Source: Chthonomonas calidirosea (GTDB taxonomy: Bacteria; Armatimonadota; Fimbriimonadia; Fimbriimonadales; Fimbriimonadaceae). Taken from it: a DNA stretch of 64,000 nucleotides. The position numbers were made by a program, and so were the translations under genes. Under the pieces are notes generated by a model. That model was given only the letters and a program-made list of their open reading frames with translations, ran no database searches and was not told where the DNA came from. Numbering within the stretch: the first letter of the stretch is position 1; each line of letters begins with the position of its first letter. Of this stretch, positions 37,126-48,346 are shown in pieces. The DNA lies in contig CAMAPH010000002.1 of assembly GCA_945859975.1 (NCBI GenBank), forward strand, positions 109,627 through 173,626, written 5' to 3'.

Positions 37126-38116
37126 AAGCTGGCAGCGCATGGTGTTGAAATCCATGCCAAAACCGCTTTGGCTCACCCAAGAGGGCCCGCATCGCGATGT
37201 CTGTCTGAGCACCCGCGTTCGGATTATGCGAAACCTTGTGGGCCATCGGTTTCCTACCTTTGCCGACCCCGAGGAGCTAAATGGGATCATGGCGGAGGTT
37301 CTTGCCGCGACCGAGGTGGAAAAGTTTGAATCGACGAAAAACCTCACCAACGCGGAGCGGGACTACCTCGTTGCCTCGCGTCTCGTCAGCCCGGAATTTC
37401 CTTGGACCCTCCCCGGCCGTGCCCTGCTGACTAACCAAGAACGCAGCCTTTGCGTGATGGTGAATGAGGAGGACCACGTCCGCGCGCAGGCGATTCTCGG
37501 CGGATGGAACCTAGACGCGGCCAGCCCTTTGGTCTCGGGCCTCATCAAGCGGATGGCGGGCAAACTCGATTTCTGCACTCACCCCAAATTCGGCTACCTG
37601 GCCGCATCGCCGCCCAACTGTGGATCGGGCCGTAGGACGAGCATTTTCTTCCACCTCATCGGCCTCGCCCACTCCAAACGTCTACCATCTGTCCTCCAAG
37701 CTCTGGCAACCAAGAACATCGTTGTTAGAGGGCTCTTTGGCGAATCGAGCCGAGCGATCGGTGCCTTTTTGCAGGTGAGCGTTTTGCGAGAGGAAGACGC
37801 CGAGTTTCGGGGTGCCTGCGAATATTTGGTGCAGCAAGAGCGGATCGCCCGTGAGGACCGGCTGAGCGGGCAATTGCGAACTCGGGCCGATCAGGCTCGG
37901 GATTTTGCGCTCGCGAACCGGACTCTGTCGCTCGCCGACTCCGTCCGAATCCTTGGCTGGATTCGCTGGGCTGCCGCCGAAAAACTTTCCACCTTCCCCG
38001 CGACCGTGCTTTCGGTCGATCACGTTTTGGCATCTCTAGAACTCCGGCCAACTCTCGGTGAGGACGCGGCGGGCACCACCCGCGCCGACCTTATCCACCA
38101 ATTGTGCGAAAGCTAA
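37106..38116 (+). CDS. mcsB: McsB-like ATP:guanido phosphotransferase (protein arginine kinase family)
   Basis: STRVRIMRN, MVNEEDH, FGYL...N.GSG.R.S...HL and VRGLFGE. Confidence 0.75.
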   Translation: MSQPNPESWQRMVLKSMPKPLWLTQEGPHRDVCLSTRVRIMRNLVGHRFPTFADPEELNGIMAEVLAATEVEKFESTKNLTNAERDYLVASRLVSPEFPWTLPGRALLTNQERSLCVMVNEEDHVRAQAILGGWNLDAASPLVSGLIKRMAGKLDFCTHPKFGYLAASPPNCGSGRRTSIFFHLIGLAHSKRLPSVLQALATKNIVVRGLFGESSRAIGAFLQVSVLREEDAEFRGACEYLVQQERIAREDRLSGQLRTRADQARDFALANRTLSLADSVRILGWIRWAAAEKLSTFPATVLSVDHVLASLELRPTLGEDAAGTTRADLIHQLCES

Positions 38117-38192
38117 GGGAAAACCCGTTAGCAACCATTCCCTCTGGAAAACTCCGTGGAAAAGCTGCGTCAAACATTCGGAAAAATTATGC

Positions 38193-38245
38193 TTGACACA
38201 CAACCGCTTGTGGTTGAATAATGTTTGTAACCCAATATGTTGGGT
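38193..38245 (+). promoter_or_regulatory. nrdR-nrdJ promoter with tandem NrdR boxes
   Basis: TTGACA at 38193; boxes ACACAACCGCTTGTGG (38198-38213) and ACCCAATATGTTGGGT (38230-38245), 32 nt apart. Confidence 0.8.
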
Positions 38246-38260
38246 TGGAGTCTAAAGAAA

Positions 38261-38728
38261 GTGCGTTGTCCGTTCTGTGGTTATGTCGATCAGCGAGTGC
38301 TGGATTCACGTCCATCGCTCGAAGGCGACTCCGTTCGACGTCGCCGTGAGTGCACGGGATGCGGACGAAGATTCACGACGTTCGAAAAAGCCGAAAGGCC
38401 GCGACTATTTGTCGTGAAGCGAGATCGATCGCGAGAAGAGTTCGACCGAGACAAGGTGATGAACTCGCTCCTCCTCGCGTGCCGCAAACGCCGGATTCCA
38501 ATTGAGGACCTCCGCGCCGCCGTACAACGCATCGAACGGGACCTATTTATCGAAGCCGATGAAGAAGTGCCCACCCAAGCCATCGGAGAGCGCGTCCTCC
38601 GAGAACTTCGCCGCATCGATCAAGTCGCCTACGTACGCTTTGCCAGCGTCTACCGCGACTTCGAAACTCTCGATGATTTCATCGGCATCGTCAACGATGT
38701 CAGCGGCCGCGCAACCATCGCCGTTTAG
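38261..38728 (+). CDS. nrdR: Transcriptional repressor NrdR
   Basis: CPFC...DSR...RRRREC..C..RFTTFE; ATP-cone; VAYVRFASVYR. Confidence 0.96.
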   Translation: MRCPFCGYVDQRVLDSRPSLEGDSVRRRRECTGCGRRFTTFEKAERPRLFVVKRDRSREEFDRDKVMNSLLLACRKRRIPIEDLRAAVQRIERDLFIEADEEVPTQAIGERVLRELRRIDQVAYVRFASVYRDFETLDDFIGIVNDVSGRATIAV

Positions 38729-38790
38729 TAATCAGATCAGAATTTAGGTAGACAAAAGTCCACATATCAAGGAGAATGTAGCAGGAAGCC

Positions 38791-41700
38791 ATGCAAGTTA
38801 GTCGTTATTTCACTGTCGCCGATCAGAGTCCGTACTCAGGGATTGAGTTTGAAGCTCGAAAATCCGAAATCAAGAACACCGACGGGTCAAAGGTGTTCTC
38901 GATGGAGAACGTCATGGTTCCATCCGGATGGAGCCAAGTTGCCACCGACATCCTGGCCCAAAAATATTTCCGCAAAGCGGGCCTAACCGTCGGACAGGTG
39001 AACGGCAAAGAGTACGCCGGAGTCAATGCCGAGCACGTCACCCCAGTTGCCGAGCACGAGTCCGATTCCCGCCAGGTCTTCCACCGCCTTGCCGGCTGTT
39101 GGCGAAGTTGGGGCGAAGCGAACGCCTACTTCGATACTGCCGCAGATGCTCAAGCTTTTTATGACGAGCTCGTCCGCATGCTCGCGATGCAGGTCGCCGC
39201 GCCGAACAGTCCGCAGTGGTTTAACACCGGCTTGCACTTTGCCTACGGCATCGAAGGTGTGGCTCAAGGTCACTACTTCGTCAATCCAAATACCGGCGAA
39301 CTTGAGCGATCGGCGAACGCCTACGAGCGACCTCAGCCGCATGCTTGCTTCATTTTGAGCGTCAAGGATGACCTCGTGAACGAAGGCGGCATCATGGACC
39401 TCTGGACCCGTGAAGCCCGAATCTTCAAGTACGGCTCCGGCGTCGGCACCAACTTCTCGAAGATTCGCGGCGAGAGCGAAAAGCTGTCCGGCGGCGGCCG
39501 CAGTTCCGGCCTCATGAGCTTCCTTCGCGTCGGCGACCGATCTGCCGGCGCCATCAAGTCCGGTGGAACCACCCGCCGCGCGGCGAAGATGGTCTGCCTT
39601 GACCTTGATCACCCAGACATCGAAGAGTTCATCAACTGGAAGGTTCGCGAAGAGCAGAAGGTTGCCGCGCTAGTTGCCGGTAGCCGGATTGTTCAGAAGC
39701 ACCTGAACGCCGTCATGGCCGCTTGCACCAGCGACACGAGCGAAGGTCGATTCAACCCGCGCACGAATCCCGCGCTGTACCGCGCCGTCGCCGAAGCCAA
39801 AGCTTCCGAGGTTCCACCGAACTACATCCAGCGGGCGATTCAGTTTGCCCAGCAGGGTTACACCTCGCTGGAAACCGAGACCTACGACACCGGCTACGAG
39901 AGCGAGGCTTACCTGACCGTATCTGGCCAGAACAGCAACAACTCGGTCCGCGTTCCGAACGAATTCTTCTATGCCGTTCAGCAGGGCAAGTCTTGGGATT
40001 TGACTTCCCGAACCACCGGCAAGACGGTGAAGTCGGTTGAGGCGACCGACCTTTGGGAGCAGATTTGCGAAGCCGCTTGGAACAGTGCTGACCCAGGTCT
40101 TCAGTACGACACCACCATCAACGAGTGGCACACCTGCCCCGCCGATGGTCGAATCAACGCCAGCAACCCTTGCTCGGAGTACATGTTCCTCGACGACACC
40201 GCGTGCAACCTCGCCAGCATCAACCTGGTGAAGTTCTACAACCCGGAGACGCGAGAATTTGACATCAAGGGCTACCAGCACGCCATCCGAATCTGGACGA
40301 TGGTTCTGGAAATCAGCGTTCTCATGGCGCAGTTCCCGAGCAAGGAGATCGCCCAGCTCAGCTATGACTTCCGCACCCTCGGCCTCGGCTATGCCAACCT
40401 CGGCGCGCTCCTCATGCAGATGGGAATCGCCTACGACAGCCCAGAAGGCTTCGCGATCACCGGAGCCCTCACCGGCATCCTTGGTGGCGGCGCCTATGCT
40501 GCGAGCGCCGAAATGGCGCGAGAGCACGGACCGTTCCCGGGCTACGAGCGCAACGCGGAGAACATGCTGCGGGTCATCCGAAACCACCGCCGCGCTACTT
40601 ACAACGCGCCGAAGGACGACTACGAATCGCTCAGCGTGTATCCCGTCGGGATCGACCAGAACATCTGCCCGGCCGATATGCTCGCCGCATCCAAGGACAT
40701 TTGGGATCAGGCACTGGCCCTTGGCGAGAAGCACGGCTTCCGCAACGCTCAGGTCACCGTTCTCGCCCCAACCGGCACGATCGGTCTGATCATGGACTGC
40801 GACACCACCGGAATCGAGCCCGATTTCGCGCTGGTCAAGTTCAAGAAGCTCTCGGGAGGCGGTTACTTCAAGATCATCAACCAGGGTATTCCGGTCTCCC
40901 TTCGCGGCCTCGGATACTCGCAGGCTCAGATCGACGGAATCATCGGCTACGCGCTTGGCCACAAGACGCTCGCCGGTGCGCCGTACATCAACCACGAATC
41001 GCTGGGCATGAAGGGCTTCGGCTCCGAGCAGATCCAGGCGATCGAAGCCGCCCTTGAGTCGGCCTTCGAAATCGGCTTTGCCTTCAACAAGTTCACCCTG
41101 GGCGATGACTTCTGCCAGAACGTGCTCGGCTTCAACGCCGATCAGCTCAACGATTGGTCGTTCAGCATGCTGCAGGAGCTCGGCTTCTCCAAGGCCGAAA
41201 TCGATGCTGCAAACGAGTACGTCTGCGGAACGATGACCGTCGAAGGTGCACCAGACCTTCGACCCGAGCATCTACCGATCTTCGACTGCGCCAACAAGTG
41301 CGGAAAGAAGGGCACGCGGTTCATCCACGCCAGCGGACACATCCGACAAATGGCCGCCGCGCAGCCGTTCCTTTCGGGAGCCATCAGCAAGACGATCAAC
41401 TTGCCCGCCGAAGCTAGCATCAAGGATGTTGCCGACGCTTACTGGCTCAGTTGGAACCTTGGCATCAAGGCAAACGCCCTGTACCGAGACGGAAGCAAAC
41501 TAAGCCAGCCGCTGAACGCGAGCTCGGACGATGCTGCCGCCGCCATTCTCGACGCATCGCTCGATCACCCGGCTCCGGTCGCGGCGGTCGAAACCAATGA
41601 CGCCGTGATGGACGCCGCCACCAAGCTGGTCTATCGCTACATCAGTAAGCGCCGAAGCATGCCCGCCCGACGTCGCGGCTACACGCAAAAGGCCCGAGTT

Positions 41701-42447
41701 GGAGGCCACAAGGTCTACCTGCGAACGGGTGAGTTTGAAGACGGAACGCTGGGAGAAATCTTCGTGGATATGCACCGCGAAGGTGCCGCCTTCCGGTCGC
41801 TCATGAACTGCTTCGCCATCGCGATTTCGCTTGGCTTGCAGTACGGCGTGCCGCTCGAAGAATTCGTCGAAGCGTTTGTCTTCACCCGGTTCGAGCCAAA
41901 TGGCCCGGTCGCCGATCACCAGAACATCAAGATGTCCACCAGCATCGTGGACTACATGTTCCGCGAGTTGGCGCTGAGCTACCTTGGCCGAACGGACCTG
42001 GTTCAGGTGAAGCCCGAAGATCTGCGGAATGACACGGTTGGCCGACCAAGCCAGTACCCTGACTTCGATGATGAAGAAGTGGAAGACGAGAACTTCGCTG
42101 GCCACATCCCTGGCCGCGCCGGGACCGAGCACTCCTCGGCCGGTTTCCAAGCCCCGCTGCCTTTCGGTGACAACGCCGGAGCAACGGGTAGCCCAACCGA
42201 CACCCTGATCCGCTCCCAAGTCGGCGCGGCGGCGGTATACGAGGATCGTTTCGTGAGCGGAAACGGCGCCAATGGCCGAGCGCTGATTGAGACCTCGGCT
42301 CGGTCGGAGAGTTCGGAGAAGGTTCGAATCGCTCGCCTAAAAGGCTACGAATCCGACCCGTGCACAAACTGCGGGTCGTTCACGATGGTCCGCAATGGCG
42401 TCTGCCTCAAGTGCGACACCTGCGGCGAAACGAGCGGCTGCAGCTAG
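38791..42447 (+). CDS. nrdJ: Class II (B12-dependent) ribonucleotide reductase
   Basis: [36 protein letters not shown] and YRDGSK; C-terminal TSCPD and Zn-ribbon domains. Confidence 0.95.
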   Translation: MQVSRYFTVADQSPYSGIEFEARKSEIKNTDGSKVFSMENVMVPSGWSQVATDILAQKYFRKAGLTVGQVNGKEYAGVNAEHVTPVAEHESDSRQVFHRLAGCWRSWGEANAYFDTAADAQAFYDELVRMLAMQVAAPNSPQWFNTGLHFAYGIEGVAQGHYFVNPNTGELERSANAYERPQPHACFILSVKDDLVNEGGIMDLWTREARIFKYGSGVGTNFSKIRGESEKLSGGGRSSGLMSFLRVGDRSAGAIKSGGTTRRAAKMVCLDLDHPDIEEFINWKVREEQKVAALVAGSRIVQKHLNAVMAACTSDTSEGRFNPRTNPALYRAVAEAKASEVPPNYIQRAIQFAQQGYTSLETETYDTGYESEAYLTVSGQNSNNSVRVPNEFFYAVQQGKSWDLTSRTTGKTVKSVEATDLWEQICEAAWNSADPGLQYDTTINEWHTCPADGRINASNPCSEYMFLDDTACNLASINLVKFYNPETREFDIKGYQHAIRIWTMVLEISVLMAQFPSKEIAQLSYDFRTLGLGYANLGALLMQMGIAYDSPEGFAITGALTGILGGGAYAASAEMAREHGPFPGYERNAENMLRVIRNHRRATYNAPKDDYESLSVYPVGIDQNICPADMLAASKDIWDQALALGEKHGFRNAQVTVLAPTGTIGLIMDCDTTGIEPDFALVKFKKLSGGGYFKIINQGIPVSLRGLGYSQAQIDGIIGYALGHKTLAGAPYINHESLGMKGFGSEQIQAIEAALESAFEIGFAFNKFTLGDDFCQNVLGFNADQLNDWSFSMLQELGFSKAEIDAANEYVCGTMTVEGAPDLRPEHLPIFDCANKCGKKGTRFIHASGHIRQMAAAQPFLSGAISKTINLPAEASIKDVADAYWLSWNLGIKANALYRDGSKLSQPLNASSDDAAAAILDASLDHPAPVAAVETNDAVMDAATKLVYRYISKRRSMPARRRGYTQKARVGGHKVYLRTGEFEDGTLGEIFVDMHREGAAFRSLMNCFAIAISLGLQYGVPLEEFVEAFVFTRFEPNGPVADHQNIKMSTSIVDYMFRELALSYLGRTDLVQVKPEDLRNDTVGRPSQYPDFDDEEVEDENFAGHIPGRAGTEHSSAGFQAPLPFGDNAGATGSPTDTLIRSQVGAAAVYEDRFVSGNGANGRALIETSARSESSEKVRIARLKGYESDPCTNCGSFTMVRNGVCLKCDTCGETSGCS

Positions 42448-42452
42448 GAAGT

Positions 42453-43193
42453 ATGGAAGGATGTTCCCCACAAAATGTGCTCCTGGCTTTCTATGAAGGT
42501 TCCGAGCGCCTCCTAAGATCACAGTTTGATGGTCTTCGGTCACATCCTTCCAAACATCCATCTATTAGAGGACAGTATCTAGAGTCATTTGTGAGTAGTT
42601 TTCTAACGAACGTGCTTCCTGATCATGTTGGCATCAGCGCAGGAACGGTGATTTCTTCCACTGGTCAATTAATGGAGCAATCTCGTCAACACGATATAAT
42701 CGTGTACGATAAAACGGTTCCATCCTTCCGCGTGGATCCCCACAACGGGATTTTTCTTGCGGAAGGAGTGATCGCCTGCCTGGAAGTTAAGACTCGAATA
42801 GATCTTCCAGCAATTCGGCAGGCATCATCTGCAGCGACGATGTTGAAAGGAATGCCGAGGAACTATGGTTCTGGTCTAGGCTTTGAGAGCCCAGCACATG
42901 ATCCTTCTCGGTACGCTCGTCCACTATACTTCTTGGTTGGATCGGAGGGCGCAGGGTGTAGGAGTATCTCGAACGATTATATCAGCAAGTCGCTCATCGA
43001 CGCCGTAGTCATACCATGCAGCTTAAATGTAAGTCACTCAGACCTAACGTTTAGAGCTAAAAATGCATATCACCAAACGCTACTAACGAGTAGTGACCCC
43101 GTTGGCATGGGAATCATAGCCCTAAACATCTCGACTTGGGCTGCACATCGAGGTTGTAGAAACTTTTCTCTAGCACCGTACTTTAGCGAATAG
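42453..43193 (+). CDS. DUF6602-like protein, putative PD-(D/E)XK nuclease fold; low GC
   Basis: H...RG...E....FL...LP, SRQHDIIVYD and E.V.A.LEVK. Confidence 0.7.
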   Translation: MEGCSPQNVLLAFYEGSERLLRSQFDGLRSHPSKHPSIRGQYLESFVSSFLTNVLPDHVGISAGTVISSTGQLMEQSRQHDIIVYDKTVPSFRVDPHNGIFLAEGVIACLEVKTRIDLPAIRQASSAATMLKGMPRNYGSGLGFESPAHDPSRYARPLYFLVGSEGAGCRSISNDYISKSLIDAVVIPCSLNVSHSDLTFRAKNAYHQTLLTSSDPVGMGIIALNISTWAAHRGCRNFSLAPYFSE

Positions 43194-43239
43194 AATTGTT
43201 TTAGAAATATATCTTCTCTGTAGGTTTGAAAAACGAAAA

Positions 43240-43452
43240 ATGTCGGACGATAACAAAGTGAAGGGACCGGCTTCCTACTTCCCTTCAATCGAAAAAACCT
43301 ACGGCCAGCCGATCTCGCATTGGGAGACGATCCTTTCCGGGCTCGCCGACAAGACCCACATGGAGCGGGTTACGGTTCTGAAAGAGCAGCACGGATTAGG
43401 CCACGGTCACGCGAACGCTTTGGTGGCCTACTTCAAGTCGAAGGCTAGTTGA
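43240..43452 (+). CDS. DUF4287 domain protein
   Basis: GPASYFPSIEKTYG...LK.QHGLGHGHANALV. Confidence 0.88.
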   Translation: MSDDNKVKGPASYFPSIEKTYGQPISHWETILSGLADKTHMERVTVLKEQHGLGHGHANALVAYFKSKAS

Positions 43453-43454
43453 GC

Positions 43455-44192
43455 TCAGCCACCGTAGAGAAGGGCCTGGTTCACTCGGTAGGTTTCGTCA
43501 AAGCCAACGCGGATCACAATGGTGTCTCCACTCTTTGTAGTGATCACGTCAACTGGTGCGTCGCTGGCGACGGCTTTGCCTTTGACGAAAAGCACGCGCC
43601 GCTTTTGATCTTTGAATGTAAATTCGAGCGTGGCGGTCCCGCCGGTACCCCGGCGGATGACTCCGGCTTTGGCCTTCTTGATGTCCTTGTACAGGTAATG
43701 CTCAAACGGCACCTCGGCAGTGGCGTGGTATGGGGTGCCAGGGACTAGAGCATCTTTCCCGCCGGACAGCGCAGGCAGCGGCTGACCGGAAATTTTTGCG
43801 TTAAACGAGTAGTTCGTCGACTCGCCTCTCCGACCCGCGGCACGATTGATAAAGACACGAACGCGGACTGGCCCATCGATTGGCATCATGCAGGTCGCCT
43901 TGTTTCCGCTGATGTCGCTGGTAGCCATTGCGGTCTCCGTATTTGGCGCGTAGATAAGGTATCCCGCGCTCAGATTCTTTGCAGAGAAATCGAGAGAAAG
44001 GGTTTGACCCGCCTTCATTTTGATGAGGTGATCCGCCATTTGACGCCCCACCAACTTGCCCTGAACGGTCTTTGAGGTCTGCCCAGGACCGAAAGTCAGC
44101 GGCATCTGTTTTGGTGCCTGCGCATGCGCGAAGGGCGTGGCACACAGGAACGAAAGCAGAAACGCGGGCGACCAAACAAGAACTTTTTTCAT
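43455..44192 (-). CDS. Hypothetical secreted protein
   Basis: Signal peptide ending AHA; DALVPGTPYHATA segment. Confidence 0.7.
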   Translation of the reverse strand: MKKVLVWSPAFLLSFLCATPFAHAQAPKQMPLTFGPGQTSKTVQGKLVGRQMADHLIKMKAGQTLSLDFSAKNLSAGYLIYAPNTETAMATSDISGNKATCMMPIDGPVRVRVFINRAAGRRGESTNYSFNAKISGQPLPALSGGKDALVPGTPYHATAEVPFEHYLYKDIKKAKAGVIRRGTGGTATLEFTFKDQKRRVLFVKGKAVASDAPVDVITTKSGDTIVIRVGFDETYRVNQALLYGG

Positions 44193-44406
44193 CTTCAAAT
44201 TCTCTCGCAGAACGCCGCCCCCGCCGGTTCCGGCTGCGAATCGCAAACCGCCAACTGGGCGATGGCGCACGCTCAATCTAAGTTATTGGCTGATTCACGC
44301 CGGGCCGCACCAGGTTTTTGGGGCTTTCGATTTGCCAAAGTCACGTCGTCCTAGGGCTCCCGAAACTTTGTTTGAGAAATGAATGCATTGACGATAGACT
44401 ATTGCT

Positions 44407-45762
44407 ATGCCGCTCGCTTCGACGCTCAGCTTATTGCTCGTGATTGGGGCCTCCAGCGCTTCTGGGCCGATTCAGGGCCAGAAGGTGCGGACGGCGCAGG
44501 ACGATTATGCGGCGGCTGGCAAGCTGGTGCGAGGATCAATTGCGGCAACCCTGACTACCTACGACACCGTCGAGCAGCTACGCGCCTCGATGGAACAGAG
44601 TAAGCAAAGCGCGAAAAAAGAAAACGAACTTGGTATTGGCCCTGAAGAGTCAAATCAGTTTATCAAGGAACTTGAAAGAGCGCTTCGTGCCTTGCCCACT
44701 GGACCAAGGCGGCCGACTCGGCTCGACTTCGACCGGGTGATTGCCCAGGAATTCGAACCCACATGGCGCTTGATTCTGCAAGGGAATCGAAATCCTAATA
44801 TGCCTGAGCCACGAAAGGAGGCGAGCCTTGGTCTTGACTTTCCCATAAGCGCAAGTTTCAAATTTCTTGTAAAGATTGCCGTCCGAAAGGCTCGCTTTGA
44901 ACTCGCGATTGGCAACGGCGCGGCGGCGCTGCGAACCTTCCGCGAAACTTTCCAGTTCGCTCAGCGAACCAGAAATGAGTCTTACATTGATCGCCTGGTG
45001 ATGGTGGCTCTAGAAGCGATCATCTTTGCTGAGCTCGAAAAGTCCTTGAGTGCTCTTCCGTCCCAAGGACTTCCCGAGCTCATACAAGCCATTAATGCCA
45101 GCATTTCTGGCCCATCGAAGTTACAAAGCTCAATACTCGGCGAAAAACTCAATAATTTGGCGCTTATTGAAATGACGGAGAAGGGATTTGAATCTGACCC
45201 GAAAGGGTCTGCGGACTACGATTCAGATTCGGATGATGACGAGGAAAAGGATGAAGACGAACCAAAGTGGCGTGCATTGTTCCAGAGTCTTGGGAATTCA
45301 ACTCCCGCCGAGCGCCGAATCTTCTTCCAAAATACTCGCGCTCGATTGGATCAAACCTACGGAGCGTTCGGACGAATGCTGTCTCAACCGGAGTTCAACT
45401 GGAACTTCAAACCGGCATCGACGCCTTCTGAAAGCCACTTAGATTTCTACGTGTATTTCCACACACAGCTTCTTCCGAGCGTGGCTCGAGCTGATGCCGA
45501 GGCGCGAACGCGATGCCGAATCGCTGCAATCACACTGGCGGCGAGGGAGTTTGCTTGGCAGCATGGGCGGTACCCGACCGAGCTTTCGGAGTTCCTCACC
45601 AAAGCCGAAGCTCACGACCCGCTCAACAACAACCCGTTTGAGTATTCGATCGAGCAGGGCAATATCGTCGTCAAGACCGCCGTCCACCCAATCCTCGGCC
45701 AGATCACCCTCCGCAAACTCCCAGCGGACCCGGCGGCAGCGCGGCGTCCGAAGCGGCCTTGA
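44407..45762 (+). CDS. Hypothetical exported helical protein
   Basis: Signal-like N-terminus; C-terminal GRYP..L.E......DP.....F.Y is pseudopilin-like. Confidence 0.65.
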   Translation: MPLASTLSLLLVIGASSASGPIQGQKVRTAQDDYAAAGKLVRGSIAATLTTYDTVEQLRASMEQSKQSAKKENELGIGPEESNQFIKELERALRALPTGPRRPTRLDFDRVIAQEFEPTWRLILQGNRNPNMPEPRKEASLGLDFPISASFKFLVKIAVRKARFELAIGNGAAALRTFRETFQFAQRTRNESYIDRLVMVALEAIIFAELEKSLSALPSQGLPELIQAINASISGPSKLQSSILGEKLNNLALIEMTEKGFESDPKGSADYDSDSDDDEEKDEDEPKWRALFQSLGNSTPAERRIFFQNTRARLDQTYGAFGRMLSQPEFNWNFKPASTPSESHLDFYVYFHTQLLPSVARADAEARTRCRIAAITLAAREFAWQHGRYPTELSEFLTKAEAHDPLNNNPFEYSIEQGNIVVKTAVHPILGQITLRKLPADPAAARRPKRP

Positions 45763-45766
45763 TCCA

Positions 45767-46312
45767 ATGAAACCAACCCTCCTTCTCAAATGGCTTGCGA
45801 TCATTCTGGTTGGCGAATCATTGGTTTTGGCGCAAATTGCGTTTGGCGATCAGTTCCTGACGTTCTTCGTCCTGATGTTTATCCAACTATTCGCTGGCAT
45901 GTTTCTGTTCGGCGTCGTGCCTAACCTTGGCCCAGATTCAAAATCTTATCAATATTGGCTAGCTGGCGTTGTTCTGGTTGTCTGGATAACCTCGTCATTC
46001 GCTCCAGCGAGAGAAACCGTTTACTCAGCCGTACGGTTTAACTTTGTAAAGCCACAGCTCCTGCAGGCCGTTTCGGAAGCGCAGAGAGCAGCGGCCAAAT
46101 CGGGAACAGTTGGACGATGCGAATTTGAAAGAACGGATGCGCTCCGGCTTTACTGCACCGAGGGGGGAATCATCGATAACCACTTTGGCTACCTCTACGA
46201 TCCAACCGGCAAGGTTCTGACTTTGAACGGAACGGTCGAACAATGGTTTGGTGGCCGACTAATTGGCGCCCGCTCCATTGGCGGCGATTGGTACATGGTT
46301 TCCTTCACTTAG
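45767..46312 (+). CDS. Hypothetical membrane protein
   Basis: Three N-terminal hydrophobic segments; GGIIDNHFGYLYDPTG. Confidence 0.65.
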   Translation: MKPTLLLKWLAIILVGESLVLAQIAFGDQFLTFFVLMFIQLFAGMFLFGVVPNLGPDSKSYQYWLAGVVLVVWITSSFAPARETVYSAVRFNFVKPQLLQAVSEAQRAAAKSGTVGRCEFERTDALRLYCTEGGIIDNHFGYLYDPTGKVLTLNGTVEQWFGGRLIGARSIGGDWYMVSFT

Positions 46313-46601
46313 GTCGTTAGGGATCCCAAACTGGTTTCTCTGAGACAAGTTCGCGAAGATTCCCGAGGTCTCTTGGCGGTGCATACGTGAGGTTGCAGAG
46401 CCAAGTGAAATCCTGGACGGATATCACAACTCGACTTTCATGCTGAAGCGCTTGCGTCAATTTCCGATCGGCGGTTATGGGAATCGAAAGTTCATCTCGA
46501 GGTTACATGGCTTTACAAATTTTGCAAGCTGTAACGGCAGTTGTATTTCGAGCTTTTGAACAGTTTCCGAACAAACCCGAACCCAGAGGTAAAACCGACG
46601 C

Positions 46602-46979
46602 ATGAGCGAAATCGCTTTCAAGGGCGCGTTCCCGATCGGCGACACCGACGTCGCGGCGCTTCCGGTGAAGGAAATCGGCCCGGCGGTGGCCTTTTACACC
46701 CAGGTCCTAGGGTTCACCCTCGTCGAGAAAACCGCCAAAACTGCGAAGCTAAAGCGCGATGACACCGAAATCGGTGTTGCCGTTAACGGTGCAGACCCCG
46801 AGCAAGCGAGCGTGTACTTTGAGGTCGAGAACCTGGACGCGCTCCGGCAGAAGTTCGTCGATGCCGGATCGAACCCGAGCGATTTTCGGATCGACCAACA
46901 CGGCGGCAGCAAATACCGCGTCTTCTTTGATAAGGAGCCGTACGGAGTTTGTTTCTGTTTCGGCTCGAAGATCGAATGA
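46602..46979 (+). CDS. VOC/glyoxalase family protein
   Basis: AVAFYTQVLGF; YFEVENLDAL. Confidence 0.8.
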   Translation: MSEIAFKGAFPIGDTDVAALPVKEIGPAVAFYTQVLGFTLVEKTAKTAKLKRDDTEIGVAVNGADPEQASVYFEVENLDALRQKFVDAGSNPSDFRIDQHGGSKYRVFFDKEPYGVCFCFGSKIE

Positions 46980-48292
46980 TCACCGCACTACTTGCGTTCG
47001 GACTCAACAGCGTCGCTCTGAAATACGCGCCTGCCCCGGCAGATAACCCGTTGAAAGGGCTCGTTCCGTATCAGCGGCCGGTTGGCGAGTTCCCGCACAG
47101 CATGGAGTTCAATTACATTGGGCTCAACAAGCTGGTGGTCGGCAAGGACAAGTACGACTGGACGAAGTTGGAAGCCCTCCTGAACGACGTCGCTAAACGC
47201 GGAAACCAGACGATCTTCCGCGTGTTCCTGGAGTATCCCGGGCAGCCCAGCGCTATTCCGAGCTACCTGACCGACGGCGGCCTCAAGGTGCACCGATACA
47301 GCAACACAAACACCGCGCCGCATCCGCCGCAAGAGAGCATTACGCCAAATTACGAAGACCCTGAGCTTCGCCGCTGCCTGAAAGACTTCATCGCGGCGCT
47401 GGGTCGGCGATACGACGGTGATTCGCGAATCGGGTTCATCACGGCCGGCCTTCTCGGCACGTGGGGCGAGTGGCACACGTATCCGCGCGAAGACCTTTGG
47501 GCGAGCAAGGCGGTGCAGAACGAAGTGTTGGATGCGTACGAGGCGGCCTTCAAAAGCACCCGCATTCTGCTTCGCTACCCCGCTGGTCCCGCGGAGCCAA
47601 CAAAGGCTCCCACGGTCGGAAGAAGGTTCGGCTATCACGACGATAGCTTCGCTTGGGGCACGCTGGATACGCCGAGCAGTCGCGATTGGTACTTCGTACC
47701 GGCCCTGAAAGCCGCAGGTCCGCTTGCCCTTTCCGCTTGGAAGACGCAGCCCATCGGCGGAGAAATTCGGCCCGAAGCCTGGGGCAAAGTGTTCGAAGCC
47801 GACCCCGGCGATCCCCAGATTCAGGACTTCCGGACCTGCGTGGAAGTCACCCACGCCTCCTGGCTGATGGATAGCGGGATGTTCAAGGAAACCCAGAGCA
47901 AGGAGCGCATCGAGCGGGCCAAGCGTGAAGTGCAGCGAATGGGTTACGAGTTCTATGCTAAATCCGCGACGTGGTCTGTTGACGCAGGACAACTAAACCT
48001 AGCGGTGATTGTTGCCAACCGTGGTGTCGCCCCGTTCTATTACAACTGGCCAGTCGAGTTCGCCGTAGTCAACTCGGATCGAAAGGTTTTGGCTTCGCGA
48101 AAGCACACGTTTCGACTCGTCCAATTGTTGCCAGACAAGCAAACGACTTGGCGAGCGCAGATCAATCTTGGCGCGGTGACCGAGGGCACGCTCGCAATGC
48201 GGATCAAAAATCCTCTGCCAAACGGAAAGCCGCTTCGCTTCGCAAACGAATCGCAAGCCGCCGACGGCTGGCTGATTCTAGGCGAACTTTAG
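46976..48292 (+). CDS. DUF4832-like secreted glycoside-hydrolase-like protein
   Basis: NPLKG, YDGDSRI, G.WGEWH, GGE, MGY and N.GVAPFY. Confidence 0.75.
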   Translation: MITALLAFGLNSVALKYAPAPADNPLKGLVPYQRPVGEFPHSMEFNYIGLNKLVVGKDKYDWTKLEALLNDVAKRGNQTIFRVFLEYPGQPSAIPSYLTDGGLKVHRYSNTNTAPHPPQESITPNYEDPELRRCLKDFIAALGRRYDGDSRIGFITAGLLGTWGEWHTYPREDLWASKAVQNEVLDAYEAAFKSTRILLRYPAGPAEPTKAPTVGRRFGYHDDSFAWGTLDTPSSRDWYFVPALKAAGPLALSAWKTQPIGGEIRPEAWGKVFEADPGDPQIQDFRTCVEVTHASWLMDSGMFKETQSKERIERAKREVQRMGYEFYAKSATWSVDAGQLNLAVIVANRGVAPFYYNWPVEFAVVNSDRKVLASRKHTFRLVQLLPDKQTTWRAQINLGAVTEGTLAMRIKNPLPNGKPLRFANESQAADGWLILGEL

Positions 48293-48346
48293 GTCTTAGG
48301 CATAAAGATGGATTCTTAACAATTAGAGCGTATAGTGATTGGCACA

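Noticed and set aside
39670..41271. Long minus-strand ORF (533 aa)
   Set aside because: Antisense shadow of the codon-biased nrdJ
38791..42447. Intein or intron in the long nrdJ
   Set aside because: Continuous ORF with no intein splice or homing-endonuclease motifs recognised; the length fits long NrdJ with a C-terminal TSCPD domain
46313..46601. Possible gene remnant or ncRNA in a 290-bp gap
   Set aside because: No convincing ORF, repeat or stable structure was recognised
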